This document shows positions 51,705-64,000 of a DNA stretch of 64,000 nucleotides, one piece after another. The DNA comes from Lama glama. Its lineage: Eukaryota. The stretch is taken from the NCBI GenBank assembly GCA_028534125.1, contig CM052817.1:19532001-19596000 (forward strand). Reading direction: 5' to 3'. The notes under the pieces were generated by a model. That model had not been told where the DNA came from. It searched no databases and was given only the letters and a program-made list of their open reading frames with translations. The stretch's first letter is position 1, and each line of letters starts with the position of its first letter. The translations under genes were made by a program, and so were the position numbers.

Positions 51705-52900
51705 CTTCATATGTGATAAAAGTATTCTTGCTTGGTTCAATAAGTGTTTGTTTATATAGACCCATATATTTCCAATACCTTGGCTCATGATTTTTCATGT
51801 GAAACAATTTTCTACCTGGGATTCATTCCTCTCTGTCTAGAGTATAACCTAAAATATTTGTAATGATGATTTTGATGGTAAAAAAAAAATAGCAAGCAGA
51901 AAACAAAACAAAAAAAACAGATAAATTTGTATTTATCCAAGCATGTGTTTATTTTGCCTTTATTCTTGGAAGATAGTCACTGGGTATATATTCTTAGGTT
52001 CACAATTATTTTCTCCTAGCACAACATATGAAGTGATATTGCTGTTGGAAAGTCAGCTCAGTCTCATCTTGGTGACTTGTAGGCAATTAATTTTATTTCA
52101 GTATGTAATTTTTAAATATTTTCTTGAATGTTTGTTTTGTGCAGATTGACTATGATGAATCTAAGTTCAGGTTTCTTTTTACGTATGCTGTTAAGGATTG
52201 ATTAGATTTCCTAAGTCTGATAATTATTCCCTTTAAGTATAGGAAAATTATCGGATACTGCATCTTCGAATATCGTCACTTCTCTTTCTTACGCATTTAA
52301 GCATATTACACCTTCTCAGTCATCCATATCTCTGTCTTCTCTTCAATATACTTATCATTTTTTCTTCAGTGATTCTATTTGCAAAATTTATTCATCTATA
52401 TAATTCAGTATGCATTTTAGTCAATCCTTTTTCTTATCTCCTCAGGTATTTGCATTGTCTCCTAAGTATTCATAACTTAATTATTTTATCTACTTATCTA
52501 CAATAATGTATACTTAATTAAATTTTAATGTCTTATAACCCCTATATCTGTACTTTTTGGCAATCTGACTTTTCTTTCTCTCGTTTCCTAAGTTCTTGCT
52601 CGTGATTGTTTCTTTTATTATTGGCTGTGTAATTTTTTTTTAAACTGTGATTTTATTTCTTCTGGAACATTATCTATGGGATTTTTGTAAGGCCTGACTG
52701 AAAGAAGCATATCCCTGGAGAGTACTTGCGTTTGCTTCTCTCTGGTGCCTGAAGGTACTTACATGGGATCACTTAAAAATAAATTCTCAGTTCGAAAGTT
52801 TTAGCTCACTAGCTGCAAACCCAGATGAGGGCCACTTTGTGAGTATGAATTCTCAGGAGAGTTTTTTTTTTTCTTTCCATCCAGTGCCAAAACCCCAACA
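51705..52900 (-). mobile_element. Ancient L1M ORF1-region fragment
   Basis: GTTTATTTTGCCTTTATTCTTGGAAGATAGTCACTGGGTATATATTCTTAGGTT is typical of antisense L1 ORF1. Confidence 0.6.
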
Positions 52901-52954
52901 GACAAGTTTCTTTGTTATTTTTTTCCCCTGTAATAAATTTATTCCCCTTTTACT

Positions 52955-54022
52955 TCATTCTGCTAGTGGAAGTGCAACTGAGCACAACAGGCCTTGAAAA
53001 CTGTTTAATTACTATTAATAAATTTGAATATACATATGCCCTTTGGTCCCATAATTTGTCTCCTCTGTATATGTTCAACAAAAATGTGTGCACAAGTGCA
53101 ACAAAATTACAAGCATATTGATGGATACAGTAGCTTTACAAAAAAACCAGTGTAGCCTAAATGCCCACTAAAAATAGAGTAAATAAATTTAGGTATAGAA
53201 TACAGACTATTACACAGGAAATAGATGGAGTATACTGCTGCTGCTGCAGGCAGAATCCTAAGAGAACAAAATAACCCAGACACAGAATATTTACTACATG
53301 ATTCCATTTATATAAAGTTTTAAAGAGGCAAAACTAATCTAAAATATTGGGTGTCAAGAAGATGATGGACTCCAGGGAAAGGATAGGATAAAGTCAGGGA
53401 GAAGTTCCGGGGTGGTCTCTGACAACAGGTACGGTTACAGGGCTGTGTTCACTTAGTTATTATTCTTTGAATACTGTGATGGTTAGTTTTATGTGTCATG
53501 GCCATGGAGCGCCCAAAGTCTGGGTGTGTCTGTGAAGGTGTTTCCGTATAAGGTTAGCATTTGAATTGGTGGACTCAATAAAGCACGTGACCCTTTTGAA
53601 TACGGGTGGGCATTGTCCAACCCCCTGAGAGTCTGAGTAAAATGATGGATAGAGGAAGGAGAAATTTGCCCTGTTATTCTTCATGCCTGCCTGCCTGCTT
53701 GGGCTGGGACATCTCATCTCACTTTCTCCAGCTCTTTGACTGGGGAGCTGGGATTTATACCACATGAGCTCCCCTGGTTCTCAGACTGATTATACTACTG
53801 GTTTTGCTGGGTCCCCAGCTTGCACCCATCAGATCGTGAGACTTCTCAACCTCCGTAATGATGTCAGAGAATTCCTCATGATAAATCTATCTGTCACCTG
53901 TCTATCTATCTCCCACTGTTTCCGGATTCTATGAAGAAAACTGACAAATGAAAATATACATTTATGACTGTTGTACTTTATGCCTGTAAATATACTTAAC
54001 TAAAAAAAAAAAAAAAAGAAAA
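52955..54022 (+). mobile_element. L1ME-type 3' end, interrupted by MLT2
   Basis: TGCTAGTGGAAGTGCAACT...CATGATTCCATTTATATAAAGTTTTAAAGAGGCAAAACTAATCT...; resumes after the LTR and ends in poly-A. Confidence 0.8.
53475..53950 (+). mobile_element. MLT2-type ERVL solo LTR
   Basis: Starts TGTGATGGTTAGTTTTATGTGTCA; contains GGGTGTGTCTGTGAAGGTGTTTCC and GGTGGGCATTGTCCAA. Confidence 0.9.
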
Positions 54023-54329
54023 AGGAAGTGTGTATTGAACCATACTTTCAGCTTCCTTAATTCCCCTGACTGACTCACTGGGTACTTAGGATATAAAATG
54101 TATAATTCTCATCAAAGTGTACTTAGCCAGACAAAGTCAACTGCCCATCTTCCTCTGCAACCTAGTGGAGAGTCATTACCCTTCTCTCAACCACATTGTT
54201 ACTTTGTTTCCTTCAGATACCAGCCTGTTTTCCACGTTAAGGCATTTTCAAGTATCATTCTTTCTTTCTGGCCTTCTCTTTCCCATACTTGCAATATATT
54301 TGCTTTTTATTCAAACTTTAACTCTCTGA

Positions 54330-54605
54330 TAAATGTCACTTTTAACAGGACACTTTAATGGATCCCCAATCTAAATTATAGTCTACCTCACCCCCAATTT
54401 TGTTTTATAGATCCTATTATTTTCCTTTATAGCTCTTACTAGGATGTATAATTTTGGTAGTTATGTGAATGATGTCTGTCTTCCCCTGCTTTACTGTAAG
54501 TTTCATAATAGCAGAGTCTATTTTTATTTTATTCTCCATTGTACACCCTTTTATGCTCCTAGCCTGCACATGGTTCAGAGTGGATACACTGTTTGCTGAA
54601 TGAAT
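54330..54605 (+). mobile_element. L2 3' end
   Basis: GTCTGTCTTCCCC...CTGTAAGTTTCAT...TGTTTGCTGAATGAAT. Confidence 0.7.
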
Positions 54606-55139
54606 TAAGAATTTGATCTATCTTTATTGTAACAAAAATTAAAGAGGGGATAGGAAATGGAAATTAATCTTCTACCACTCATCGTTTTATTTTATCACTA
54701 TTGTTTTAAGGAATTACGAATGTCATTTCCAGGGGTCACTATTTCTTATCTTTGTTATCTACATGTGATATACTCTGACACCAGAACTAGAAAAGCACCA
54801 GAAAATATTTAAAATACTTAAAATAAATTATATTAGGGCAGCGCTGAACTGAGAAAGAAAAGTTTAACATTTATTTATAAAAGCAGTTTCTCTAAGACGA
54901 TTGTTTTCCATGAGTATCCATCCTCAGTCATGGAGTAACGGATAATCTTGACTGAGGAAGAGACTAAAATAAACTGAACATGAAATTCACTAAGAGATGA
55001 GAATTTTATATATCTTAGGTCTGAAAACTTTGTTTCTCATTGTGCAATCAATTTTGTCTCAGATCTCAGGTCGAAAAATATATAATTTCCAGAGAGTAAT
55101 ACATGAAAAAAAGCAAGCCAACATAATCCTCTACAAGGT

Positions 55140-55693
55140 TGCATCAGTTATCTATTGCTTAGTAACAAACATTCCCACATCTTAGTCCCTTAAGTAATAA
55201 CCATTAATTTTGTTCATAATTTTGTTGATCAGTGATTTAGCCTGAGCTCATTTGAGCAGTTCTTCTGGTCTCAATGGTCTTTCTTTTGTGTCTGTGAAAA
55301 CTGTGAGCGCTCAGTCTGCTTCTAGGTGTAAGCTGCCTGAACAGTGGAACTCTCTTACATGTTGTCTCTCATACTCCAGCAGGCTAGTCCAGACTGTTTG
55401 TCATGGTGGAGATACAGTAAGAAAAGAGAGAGAGACAGACAGACAGATGAAAAAGAGGGAGGAGGAGGGGGAGAAGGAGAAGGAGAAGGAGGTTAATTTG
55501 TCTTCAGAGCTCTTAAGGACAAATCTTAGAACTTGTACACAAAACATTGTATTCCATTTAAAAAGAAAATTTCTGCACATATTTCAGAAGTGGAAAAATA
55601 AACTTCACTTGTTGAAAGAATAAGCTGCAAAATCATATTCTATGGATACAAGAGGTCATTGGCTGGGGCCATTATTGCAGTCAATCTACCACA
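55140..55693 (-). mobile_element. MLT1 (G/H-like) LTR
   Basis: TGCATCAGTTATCTATTGCTTAGTAACAAAC at one end and CAATCTACCACA (TGTGGTAGATTG on minus) at the other. Confidence 0.8.
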
Positions 55694-56459
55694 AGTATTT
55701 ATCAATCAACCAACACTGAATTTATTGAATATTTATATTATACTCAGTATGTATTTAATATGTTTAACATTTATATTATATTCAGTATTTATTGAATATA
55801 TATGTTACAAACTTTATTACCATAAACTAAATGAGACACAGAAGTATGAAGTATTACTTCCTACAAATTCCTTAAATGTAACCAGTTTAGTTAATCATGA
55901 TATACTGTTACGATTTTCACTCTATTTTTGCCCAATTTAATTTAAGAAATATGACACCATTTCTTTTATTAAAGGGGGAGTATACTGCCAGAGACACTCA
56001 ATGAGAGAAGGAGGGTGTTAAAGAAAGAACGTGTCTTACAAAGTAATGTAGACATTTCAGAAAGTCAAGCTGGTGGTCTCAGAAATTGTAAAGAGGTTAT
56101 CTAGGGTGAGAAGACAGCCCACGAGGAAATGCCAGTCAACTATCACAAACACAGGAAATCAAAAGAGTAATGAAAACCTTATGGTGGAGTAATGACAAGA
56201 GAACGGAGAAGAAAGTGTGTACATATGATTGTCTTAGTAAAGCAGAGTTGATAATTCTGAGAATTATCTCTCCCTCTATAGTTTTACATGAAATTCTGAT
56301 TCCTTAAGATAAAATGATCATAAGACACCAGCATTAATTTATGGGTAAGAAAACAGAGCCACATGGGTACTGGTAATCAAGATATCTTGGTTATTTATCA
56401 TGCTGATCATCAATATATCAAAAGAAATGAAAATTTACATAGAAATTTCACACGCATCA

Positions 56460-56861
56460 ATTATCTATCTGTGTGAGGTTGGATTTTTATTTTTTTCCAC
56501 ACATGCCAACCAAAACAACATATTTAAACACTTGTGTATGGAAGCCGATATGAGGATATGAATGCCATCTATTAAGCCAGACATTAAAGAAATTTGTAAA
56601 ATGTAACTTAATGCCACTCTTTCTCCTTTTTTTCTTTTTCAACAAATACAGCTAATTTTCACAAAAAAATTGTTTTATGGTAATGTGTAACTTGTCTACT
56701 ATTATTTTAAATAAATGAATGCATTATAACTTTAAAATTAGTTTTATTTAAAATACAATAAATGTCAATTGATATAACCCATATAAACCAACTTAGTTGG
56801 CAACCTTGGTAACTAAAAAATTGTAAAGAAGTTTTGAGAACAAAATGTATGAGAACTTCTG
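56460..56861 (+). mobile_element. Charlie1 (hAT) 3' end
   Basis: GAAGCCGATATGAG...TCTATTAAGCCAGACATTAAAGAAATTTGTAAAATGTAA...AATGCCACTCTT...TGAGAACTTCTG. Confidence 0.8.
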
Positions 56862-59800
56862 ATATAAACAAAATACTTTAACGAAGTGATAAATAGATTA
56901 TTGCTGGGTGTATTCACTGGATAAATAAGGGACTTGGGGAAGGCTGAAGGCTGTAATGTTGCCTTGTCCTGAAGGTGAGCAAGAAATAAAAATTTAAAAG
57001 TATAGGTATCTATTTAAGCTAGAGACTCAAAAAGTTATTTTATTATTTCTTATTTATTTTCTATGATTTTTCAAACAAGCAGTATGAACAAACATACAAA
57101 ACCATAGAAGGGACCAATGCTTTCTGGAGATAGTAAAAAATCCAGCACACCTTTGGAGAAAAACAGAAATCAAAGAGGCAGAGGAGCAAAACACAAGACA
57201 GCTTTGAATGCTCTGGTGTGTATATGATTGGCCTTTCTTCTGCACTGGAGGGCTTCCGAGAATGGTATGAAGACAATGGAGTGGTCAGGTTTGAGTTTGC
57301 AATGAGAATTTGTGGCAGTGTAGAAGAGATAGCAAGACCATCAGTTGAGAGGCTTCTATAATAATCTTGGTGACATGACGAAGGCCTTAACCAGCCAGGC
57401 AGTGTGATCACAGAAAACATGGATTAAAGGTATGCAAATGACATTGATGTGATATGTATGCTTCCCTAATTTGAAAAGAAAAAATATTTAGAACAAATGA
57501 TAACCCCTGCCCGTAGAAGTTTATGCAAAACTTACATTTTAGCTTTGAATAGATAATTAGCACATTTGATAGACAACTAAAATGTGTTACATGATAACAA
57601 ACCTTAATTACCTACTCCCAACTGTGGTGGCTTAAAAGAGATGAAGGTTAGATTAGTCAGGACATGAATGAAGGCAGGCAGGTGGGAACAAGTGTGGGGT
57701 ATTTGTAGTTCTCCAAAGGAGAGCTGTTGGTTTGAGAGTAGAAAGGAGATGTAGTTGTTTAAGTTGGAGGATTTAGATGGGTAAGGACTGAAAATCAGAT
57801 GGGAGTTAACTTCCTGGAACTGCTGGGAAACTAGCTAGGAAGACCCAACACGGGATGTTGAATGAATGAGTCAATTCACATGAGTGAAGGACAGTTAGGA
57901 AAGGATTAGTCTGGTTAACTGTTTCTTTAGCAAAGGAGAAACCATTAATTAGCAGTCCATACCTGGATATTTTAAAGCCCAGGTGGAAGTAAACTCAACA
58001 ATATAAACCTTATAGAAAATGACTACACTTACCTTATTGCTATGTAAAATCATTTTAACTTGCATGTTATTACAGTATCTCTTTATAACTTGCAAAGCAT
58101 AAGCCAAATGTGGCTGTTGTTAATTTTTAAATTAAAAAAAAAGAAGAAACAATTTACCCATCTTTGTTAAAGCACCATCTTTAATGAAGTAAATACCGAT
58201 ATGATGTCATAAATTTCAGTTACATTTTCTTGCATTTTCAGAAATGCTTATAAAGACTACTTATGTGTAAAATCTAACAAATTGATAAAAAATGGTAATA
58301 CAAATGTTCCTATTACAAGAAGAGCAGAGTTAACCACCTGAAGGTAAGGAACTGAAAAGCGATGCTGCTTTCTGCTCTTTGAAATAGTCAAAATATAATT
58401 TACTCTGTTTTCTTATGGAAAGCACCAATAAACAGGATTCTTACTAATGTAAAACACCAGAAAGTTCCTGCCATCCTTATTTTATTTAACATAGATAACA
58501 TACAGTTGCTGATATATCACAAGCTGTCATATTTTAATACAATTTCAATAAAATGTTAACTGTATTGTGCATTTAATATAATAGACAATGTATAGCACTG
58601 ATTTGAGATTGGGTATAAAGCACTGTATAATACTATGATGTAAAATGCATTACACTGCAATGTACATTTAATTAGAAATACAATATATATAGCACAGGTC
58701 ATGCAGATACTTAAAAACAAAATTGTAAATATGGAATATTATAGCAACATTACTTAAAACTTCCATATCAATTCTTGCATTGGAATGATAAAGGCAATTG
58801 TGACTCCTATTTAAAAAAATAATTAGAAAGTTAAGTTACTTCTAAAACTCCATATTTTCCACTGAAATTAAAAATAAAGGTTATTTTCAAACTGAAAATG
58901 AGATGTTATATATCATGTGAGATTACTTTATAAAGCTTGCTGGGGCAAACAGAAGAAAAGCTTAACATTTAATGATTGGCAAACTCCCAAACACCCTAAT
59001 TTTTATTATCCTAGATATATTTTATGGCAACATAGATTTAACTCTCTAACTGTCAAATAGACTGAACATAACAAAATGCTTTTTTGATTAAACTTATATT
59101 AGAGATATTGACACTATTAAAGCTGCAAAATATCTGGATTATTTAACCATCCTCTAGGCGATGTCGTGACAATACATTGTTACTTTTTCAAAGCATTTGT
59201 AAATAAGCAGTTTATATCTGTGTTCCATGCACTTCCTTGGCATAACAGGATGCTGAAGACTGCATTTGAAAGCATTCCACTATTTGTCCATTTTACCTTA
59301 TGTGCCACTTTTCCCTTTTGGGAAACAATGTAATTTTACACAAAAGCAAAATCTATATATTATGGTAACATATGAGCCATAGTAGAGGTGATATTAAAAG
59401 TAAAAATGAAATACATCTCGCAATAGAGCGTAAATACTACGCACACATTATTTGAGCTTACATTTAAGCCGAGAGGGAGATTATTTAGCCAAGGAGAGGA
59501 AACTAAGATGACCCTGGGCGATTTGTTAACTCAGGACAGTCGTAACAGAGTTTCTGAGTGTTCAGCATTTAAACTGACAACTTATATTTCCAAACTGCAC
59601 TTCAATTCCATAGGAAATTTTCTATTTTGGGGAAGGTATCAAGTGTCAGACATACACACACAAAAGAAAAAATGAAAAGAAATGTAAAAAGAGAAGAAGA
59701 AAACATTTTAACTGGGAATAAATAGAGACAGCTAGCTAGATAGCTGTGACAAAAAGCATGGAGTCAGGGAAAAAGTCACTGGTCTGGAGACCTAGAGGCC

Positions 59801-61799
59801 CCACTGGATGGAACTTCTGCTACTGACTCTGCAACCTTCACCAACATGGCCAGCTGCTACGTGGACGTTTAAGATATATTCACCAAAATATTAATAATTT
59901 ATAGTAATCATGATAATGGTGTCATTAGCCACCACGACTGCCCCAATCATAACAACAAATAAGCATTTTTTACTTAAGGAATTTATAAATAAGCAAATGA
60001 TTGGAGGAAGAGGAAATGATAAAATTTAATAAGTAAAGCTAATTTTTAAAAAATCAAGTAAATAAGTAAGTCATTATCAGAGAATTAAAAAGTAATGTGA
60101 AAAATACAAGAAAAGATAGATTAGGATAAGAGGGTTTAGACTTTTGGAAAAGAGGGCTGGACTTTTAAATAGGATGGTCAAAATATTTCAATGAATCATA
60201 ACTCAGTCCCCCACGGTAACTATTCAAAATGGCAATAATACTCGGATGCTTAAATTCTGGTGTATTTTACTAAATAGGGAAACAACAACAACAACAACAA
60301 TCCCCCAAAAATCACTATCTTGAGCAACAGGGAATAAATCGAACTCCTCTGCTGAAAGTTAGCCCAGCCAAAAATCAAACAGACCTATAACATCTCTCAG
60401 CCGTCTCTTCTCTCTTCTACGCAGTTTGCAATTTAAAAGACTGCACTTCATTTCCTGTGCTCAATGTACTTTACATATAAGAGAATAATTGCAGAGATAC
60501 TCAATTGATCTAGGTGTTAAGTATTATTATCCCTATTTTATGGAAATGGAATTACAGTTGACAAGGCTCAGGGGGTCAATCCAGCTGGGAAAATAAAAAC
60601 TATTAATCTAAATCAATAGCATAATGCTGGCTGACCTAGTGCCCTTGAATAAATCATTTAGCTTCAATCTCCTTGTCTGAAGACAATGACAGAAGGCGAA
60701 AAAATTATCATCAAAGAGTTCAAACCAAATAAAGAATGGGTTTGAGCTTTTATAATCATATAATATCCTGACCCTAGTGTCATATGGCAAAAAGGAGGTT
60801 GCACTGATTGAGAAATGGGACACTAAATGTTTAAATAAATACCACAAGGCGAGCAAGTGATATAGTTTTATAAAGTACTTTAAACTCTGACTTCCAGGCA
60901 AATACTTTTAACCAGAACACGCCAAGCAGCATTTATATATATATAGAAAATATATATATATTCATATTCACATATATACATATATTCTCAAACTTTATTT
61001 TTGATTTAAATTCCAGGATATCTATAAATGTGCTTTCTTTTACTTAACAAGTATGTATTTATTTGACTTAGTGTCAGGAAACTTAAATCCATTTATACTG
61101 GCACATTTATTGAGTTGTAAGTGTCCAAGCTATACATTTCTGAATATGGAATTTCTGATTTGAAATAAAAAATCGTGTTTATATTCTGCTTGTGCTGTCC
61201 TTGATCCATTTTTTAAACTAAAATCTGTATATCTCATTGAATATTCCATCAGCTGAAAACATCTCAATAGGATCACATTCCAAAATGTGAATACATGGCA
61301 ATAGGGTAATTTTAGCTCCTTCATTTGTTTTTCAACGAGTGTTCCAAATACCTAGTCTTGTTTCAAAAATGAAAAGAAACAGAAGAAGAAGAAGCAGCAG
61401 CTAATTTTAAAAAATTATTCTGTTGGTTTTAAAATGGGAGATGGGGCCTCTAAATAGAATTTAATTCAGTTATTGATCTTTCCATGTTTGATTTATTGAC
61501 CAGAAATACCATATTCAAGTCACCAATAAACATTACTTTAATTAAGATGAATATTATTATATAAAGTTTTTTCCCCAGGAAACCATTTGAGTCCAATCAA
61601 GTGTTTATAGAATTTTTGACTGCACTTTGTCACTGAGAAATTTTGACATTTGCTAAATAACTTGTCACGTATTAATTGTTTCGAAGTAAAATTATTTACT
61701 TACAAAGTATATTTTTGCCAAACATGAAAGGAGCTACTTGTGTTACACTCATTTATCCTCATGTATTTTTACGTAAGCATAGGTGGGAAACCCATGGCC

Positions 61800-61952
61800 T
61801 ATGATTACGTATTGGACTACGGTCCATCCTAATGACCTCATTTTAACTCTATCTTTTAAAGACCTATCTGCAAATACAGTTACATTCCAAAGAACTGGAG
61901 GTCAAAAACTTCAACATATGAATTTTAGGGGGACACAATTTATTTCATAACA
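61800..61952 (-). mobile_element. MLT1 LTR 5' fragment
   Basis: CCTAATGACCTCATTTTAAC...GACCTATCTGCAAATACAGTTACATTC...GGGGGACACAATTTATTTCATAACA. Confidence 0.8.
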
Positions 61953-63211
61953 GGTACATTAATTTACCTTCATGTTATTTAACTTTCTCGTGTTTGTTAT
62001 ACTTTATACATAGTTGTACCACAACATCTGCAACTTTTGTTTGTTGATATATTTTTAAAAATACCACGTATGTGATGGTTTCTCTCTATAGCACCCTGTT
62101 GTCTGAAGAACAAGATGTGCCTTTTGTTTTTGTTGTTGGGTCATGCATTGTTGACTTTCTTACTCATTAATCATTATTAGTAAAATGAAAAGCTTGCAAA
62201 GTGGATGTTTCCTTTTCATATGCAATTCAATACACACAAATATCTTGATTTTAATAAAGATCTGTTTGCCCATGCTACATTTCCCTTAAATTTGATATCT
62301 GTGTTTCTCTAACTCAGGCAGATCATTTTTCCGCTTCCCTAGATTCAGTGGTATTTATATTTCTAACTTTTTCTAATCAATGTTCAAAGTATAATAACTC
62401 TTTTTGAAAGTTTCAAATCTAACCTATTTTAAGGGTAAATGCAATTCTTGCAGTTTTGTTCCTTGGTTCTTTTGAAACTGGCTTCCAGATGCATTTATTC
62501 AATTTCTTTAATTTTGATTCCTGTTAAGTTTGTAGTTGAAATTTCTGAATCTTATTTCAGAGTGATCATTTTAAGCAGGTTTAGTAAGATGGTTATTTTA
62601 TACCTCTGCATGAATGTATATGGAATGAGCACTTGAATAAATTATGTTTTATGTAATTTCAGAACAGTATTTTCTTAGATAAGTTTAATCAATTCTAATA
62701 CAATTCCAGATGCTGACAACATGTAGATTCTTGGTAAACGTGTTATTGATTGAATAATAAGGCCTCCTTTTCAGAACTGTTTTAAATATTGGATTTGATA
62801 ATCTTCATGCCTCTTTTCTTTGCTACTATTGAAAGTAGGTATTTGTTAAATATCATATGTAAAATGCAGCTCTTTCTGTCTTGATATGCATTGAAGAACT
62901 CACGCTTTGTATTTTGCTATTTGAGGTGTTTTTTCTGACTTCTCACCCTTTTCCTGTCATTATAACGCATACATGCAGCTTGCTTATGAGAGACTCATTT
63001 GATGAAGCCTCCACCATAACAAGATTTTGATGAGTTTGCCTGCAGGTAGCATCCTACCTCTCTTAGTTAAATATTTTCAACATAAAACCATTATGACAAA
63101 TTTCAACTTAATCTTTTTACCTTATATGGAGGAGCTGATTGGAATCCATAACTTATCCGATACATTAAATTAAATTGTCCTTTACAAATATTTATAATAT
63201 TCTTAACCCTT

Positions 63212-63622
63212 TGAGGTGCACAGGCTGCTGGAGGAGGTCATCAGGAGGACATGACTGCCAACTGACTCAAGAGCTGGGCCTGGGCATTGGAAGGCTCCTC
63301 ACTCCCCTTCTCTATCCTTAGTAATTACACTCTGCCCATCGTTCCACAGTGGGAGCTGCTTTCAAGGACCCAGACTTGAGAGAGGAATGTGTCGTTTAGA
63401 CTATCTGGCTGGTACAGATGACTGAACCTAGTTAAGATCTGTATATGAACTTTTGGATTCTGGCAGGTGAGTGTGGAGATTACTCGTCTTGCGGCCACTC
63501 AAGACGAACCTTGTATGTAAGTTCCCTCGCTTATTAACCCTATCACCTACCAATCGGGAGTGGCCTGGCTCTTCCAGTCTCCTCATGCCCTCCCCATACG
63601 GGGGCCAGTTCATGAACCGACA
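63212..63622 (+). mobile_element. ERV 5' LTR
   Basis: TG...CA-bounded 411-bp GC-richer block that begins abruptly after AT-rich DNA, followed 2 nt later by a PBS. Confidence 0.8.
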
Positions 63623-63624
63623 TG

Positions 63625-63641
63625 TGGCAAGCCGCCAGGAG
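63625..63641 (+). promoter_or_regulatory. Primer-binding site, tRNA-Arg(ACG)-like
   Basis: TGGCAAGCC-GCCAGGAG versus TGGCGAGCCAGCCAGGAG, the complement of the tRNA-Arg(ACG) 3' end (recalled). Confidence 0.8.
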
Positions 63642-64000
63642 ACTGAAGAAACGGGCTTTGGGAAGGAGGTGGCCACTGGGGAAATCCCATGTTGGCCATC
63701 TGCCTCTTTGTGGGGAGGGGCGGCCCAGAAGTTAGATGCCTATGGACTACCATGTGAGTGCAGGGACACCCCTGAAATGCTGGTCTGATGTGACTGAGGA
63801 ACTGCACAAAACACACTGGGGCAAAGATGGAAGATGAATGGCTGCTGCATTGAGCAGCCTTTACTGTGGACTGGTCGGCTGTACACTGATAACCAAACAG
63901 AAGGCTGAAACTTGCGTCAGAAAGTTGGAGGAAGAGCTGAGGACATAGAAGGATGTGCAGATGTCCACTGCTCTGCAGGCTTCAGAGCTGGCCGACAAAG
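63642..64000 (+). mobile_element. ERV internal region, degenerate gag start (probably ERVL/class III), truncated by window end
   Basis: GEIPCWPSASLWGGAAQKLD and a later coiled-coil-like segment VRKLEEELRT*KDVQMSTALQASELADK. Confidence 0.65.

Noticed and set aside
55252..55623. Longest ORF (123 aa)
   Set aside because: It lies inside an MLT1 LTR and spans a GA-rich simple repeat.
1..64000. Prokaryotic systems (CRISPR arrays, operons, defence islands)
   Set aside because: The sequence is mammalian, with no regularly spaced repeats or dense ORFs.

Overview
This is AT-rich mammalian DNA, either a gene desert or a large intron. Two tRNA-derived Vic-1-type SINEs point to a camelid host (camel, alpaca or llama). 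I found no supportable cellular protein-coding exon; the listed ORFs are chance ORFs or repeat fragments. Much of the window is interspersed repeat: L1/HAL1, L2, MIR, MLT1/MLT2 LTRs, a solo ERV LTR, MER82/MER58A/Tigger2/Charlie1 DNA transposons, and the 5' end of an ERV with a tRNA-Arg primer-binding site at the right edge. The stand-out feature is at about 12574-13697 (+). It is a decayed, apparently near full-length endogenous copy of a negative-strand RNA virus nucleoprotein gene. Reconstructed across about 8-9 frameshifts, it is collinear with the Ebola/Marburg NP core from the start codon to the C-terminal coiled coil, and a candidate 14-bp target-site duplication flanks it. All alignments and repeat names were made by eye against sequences recalled from memory and need confirmation by search.
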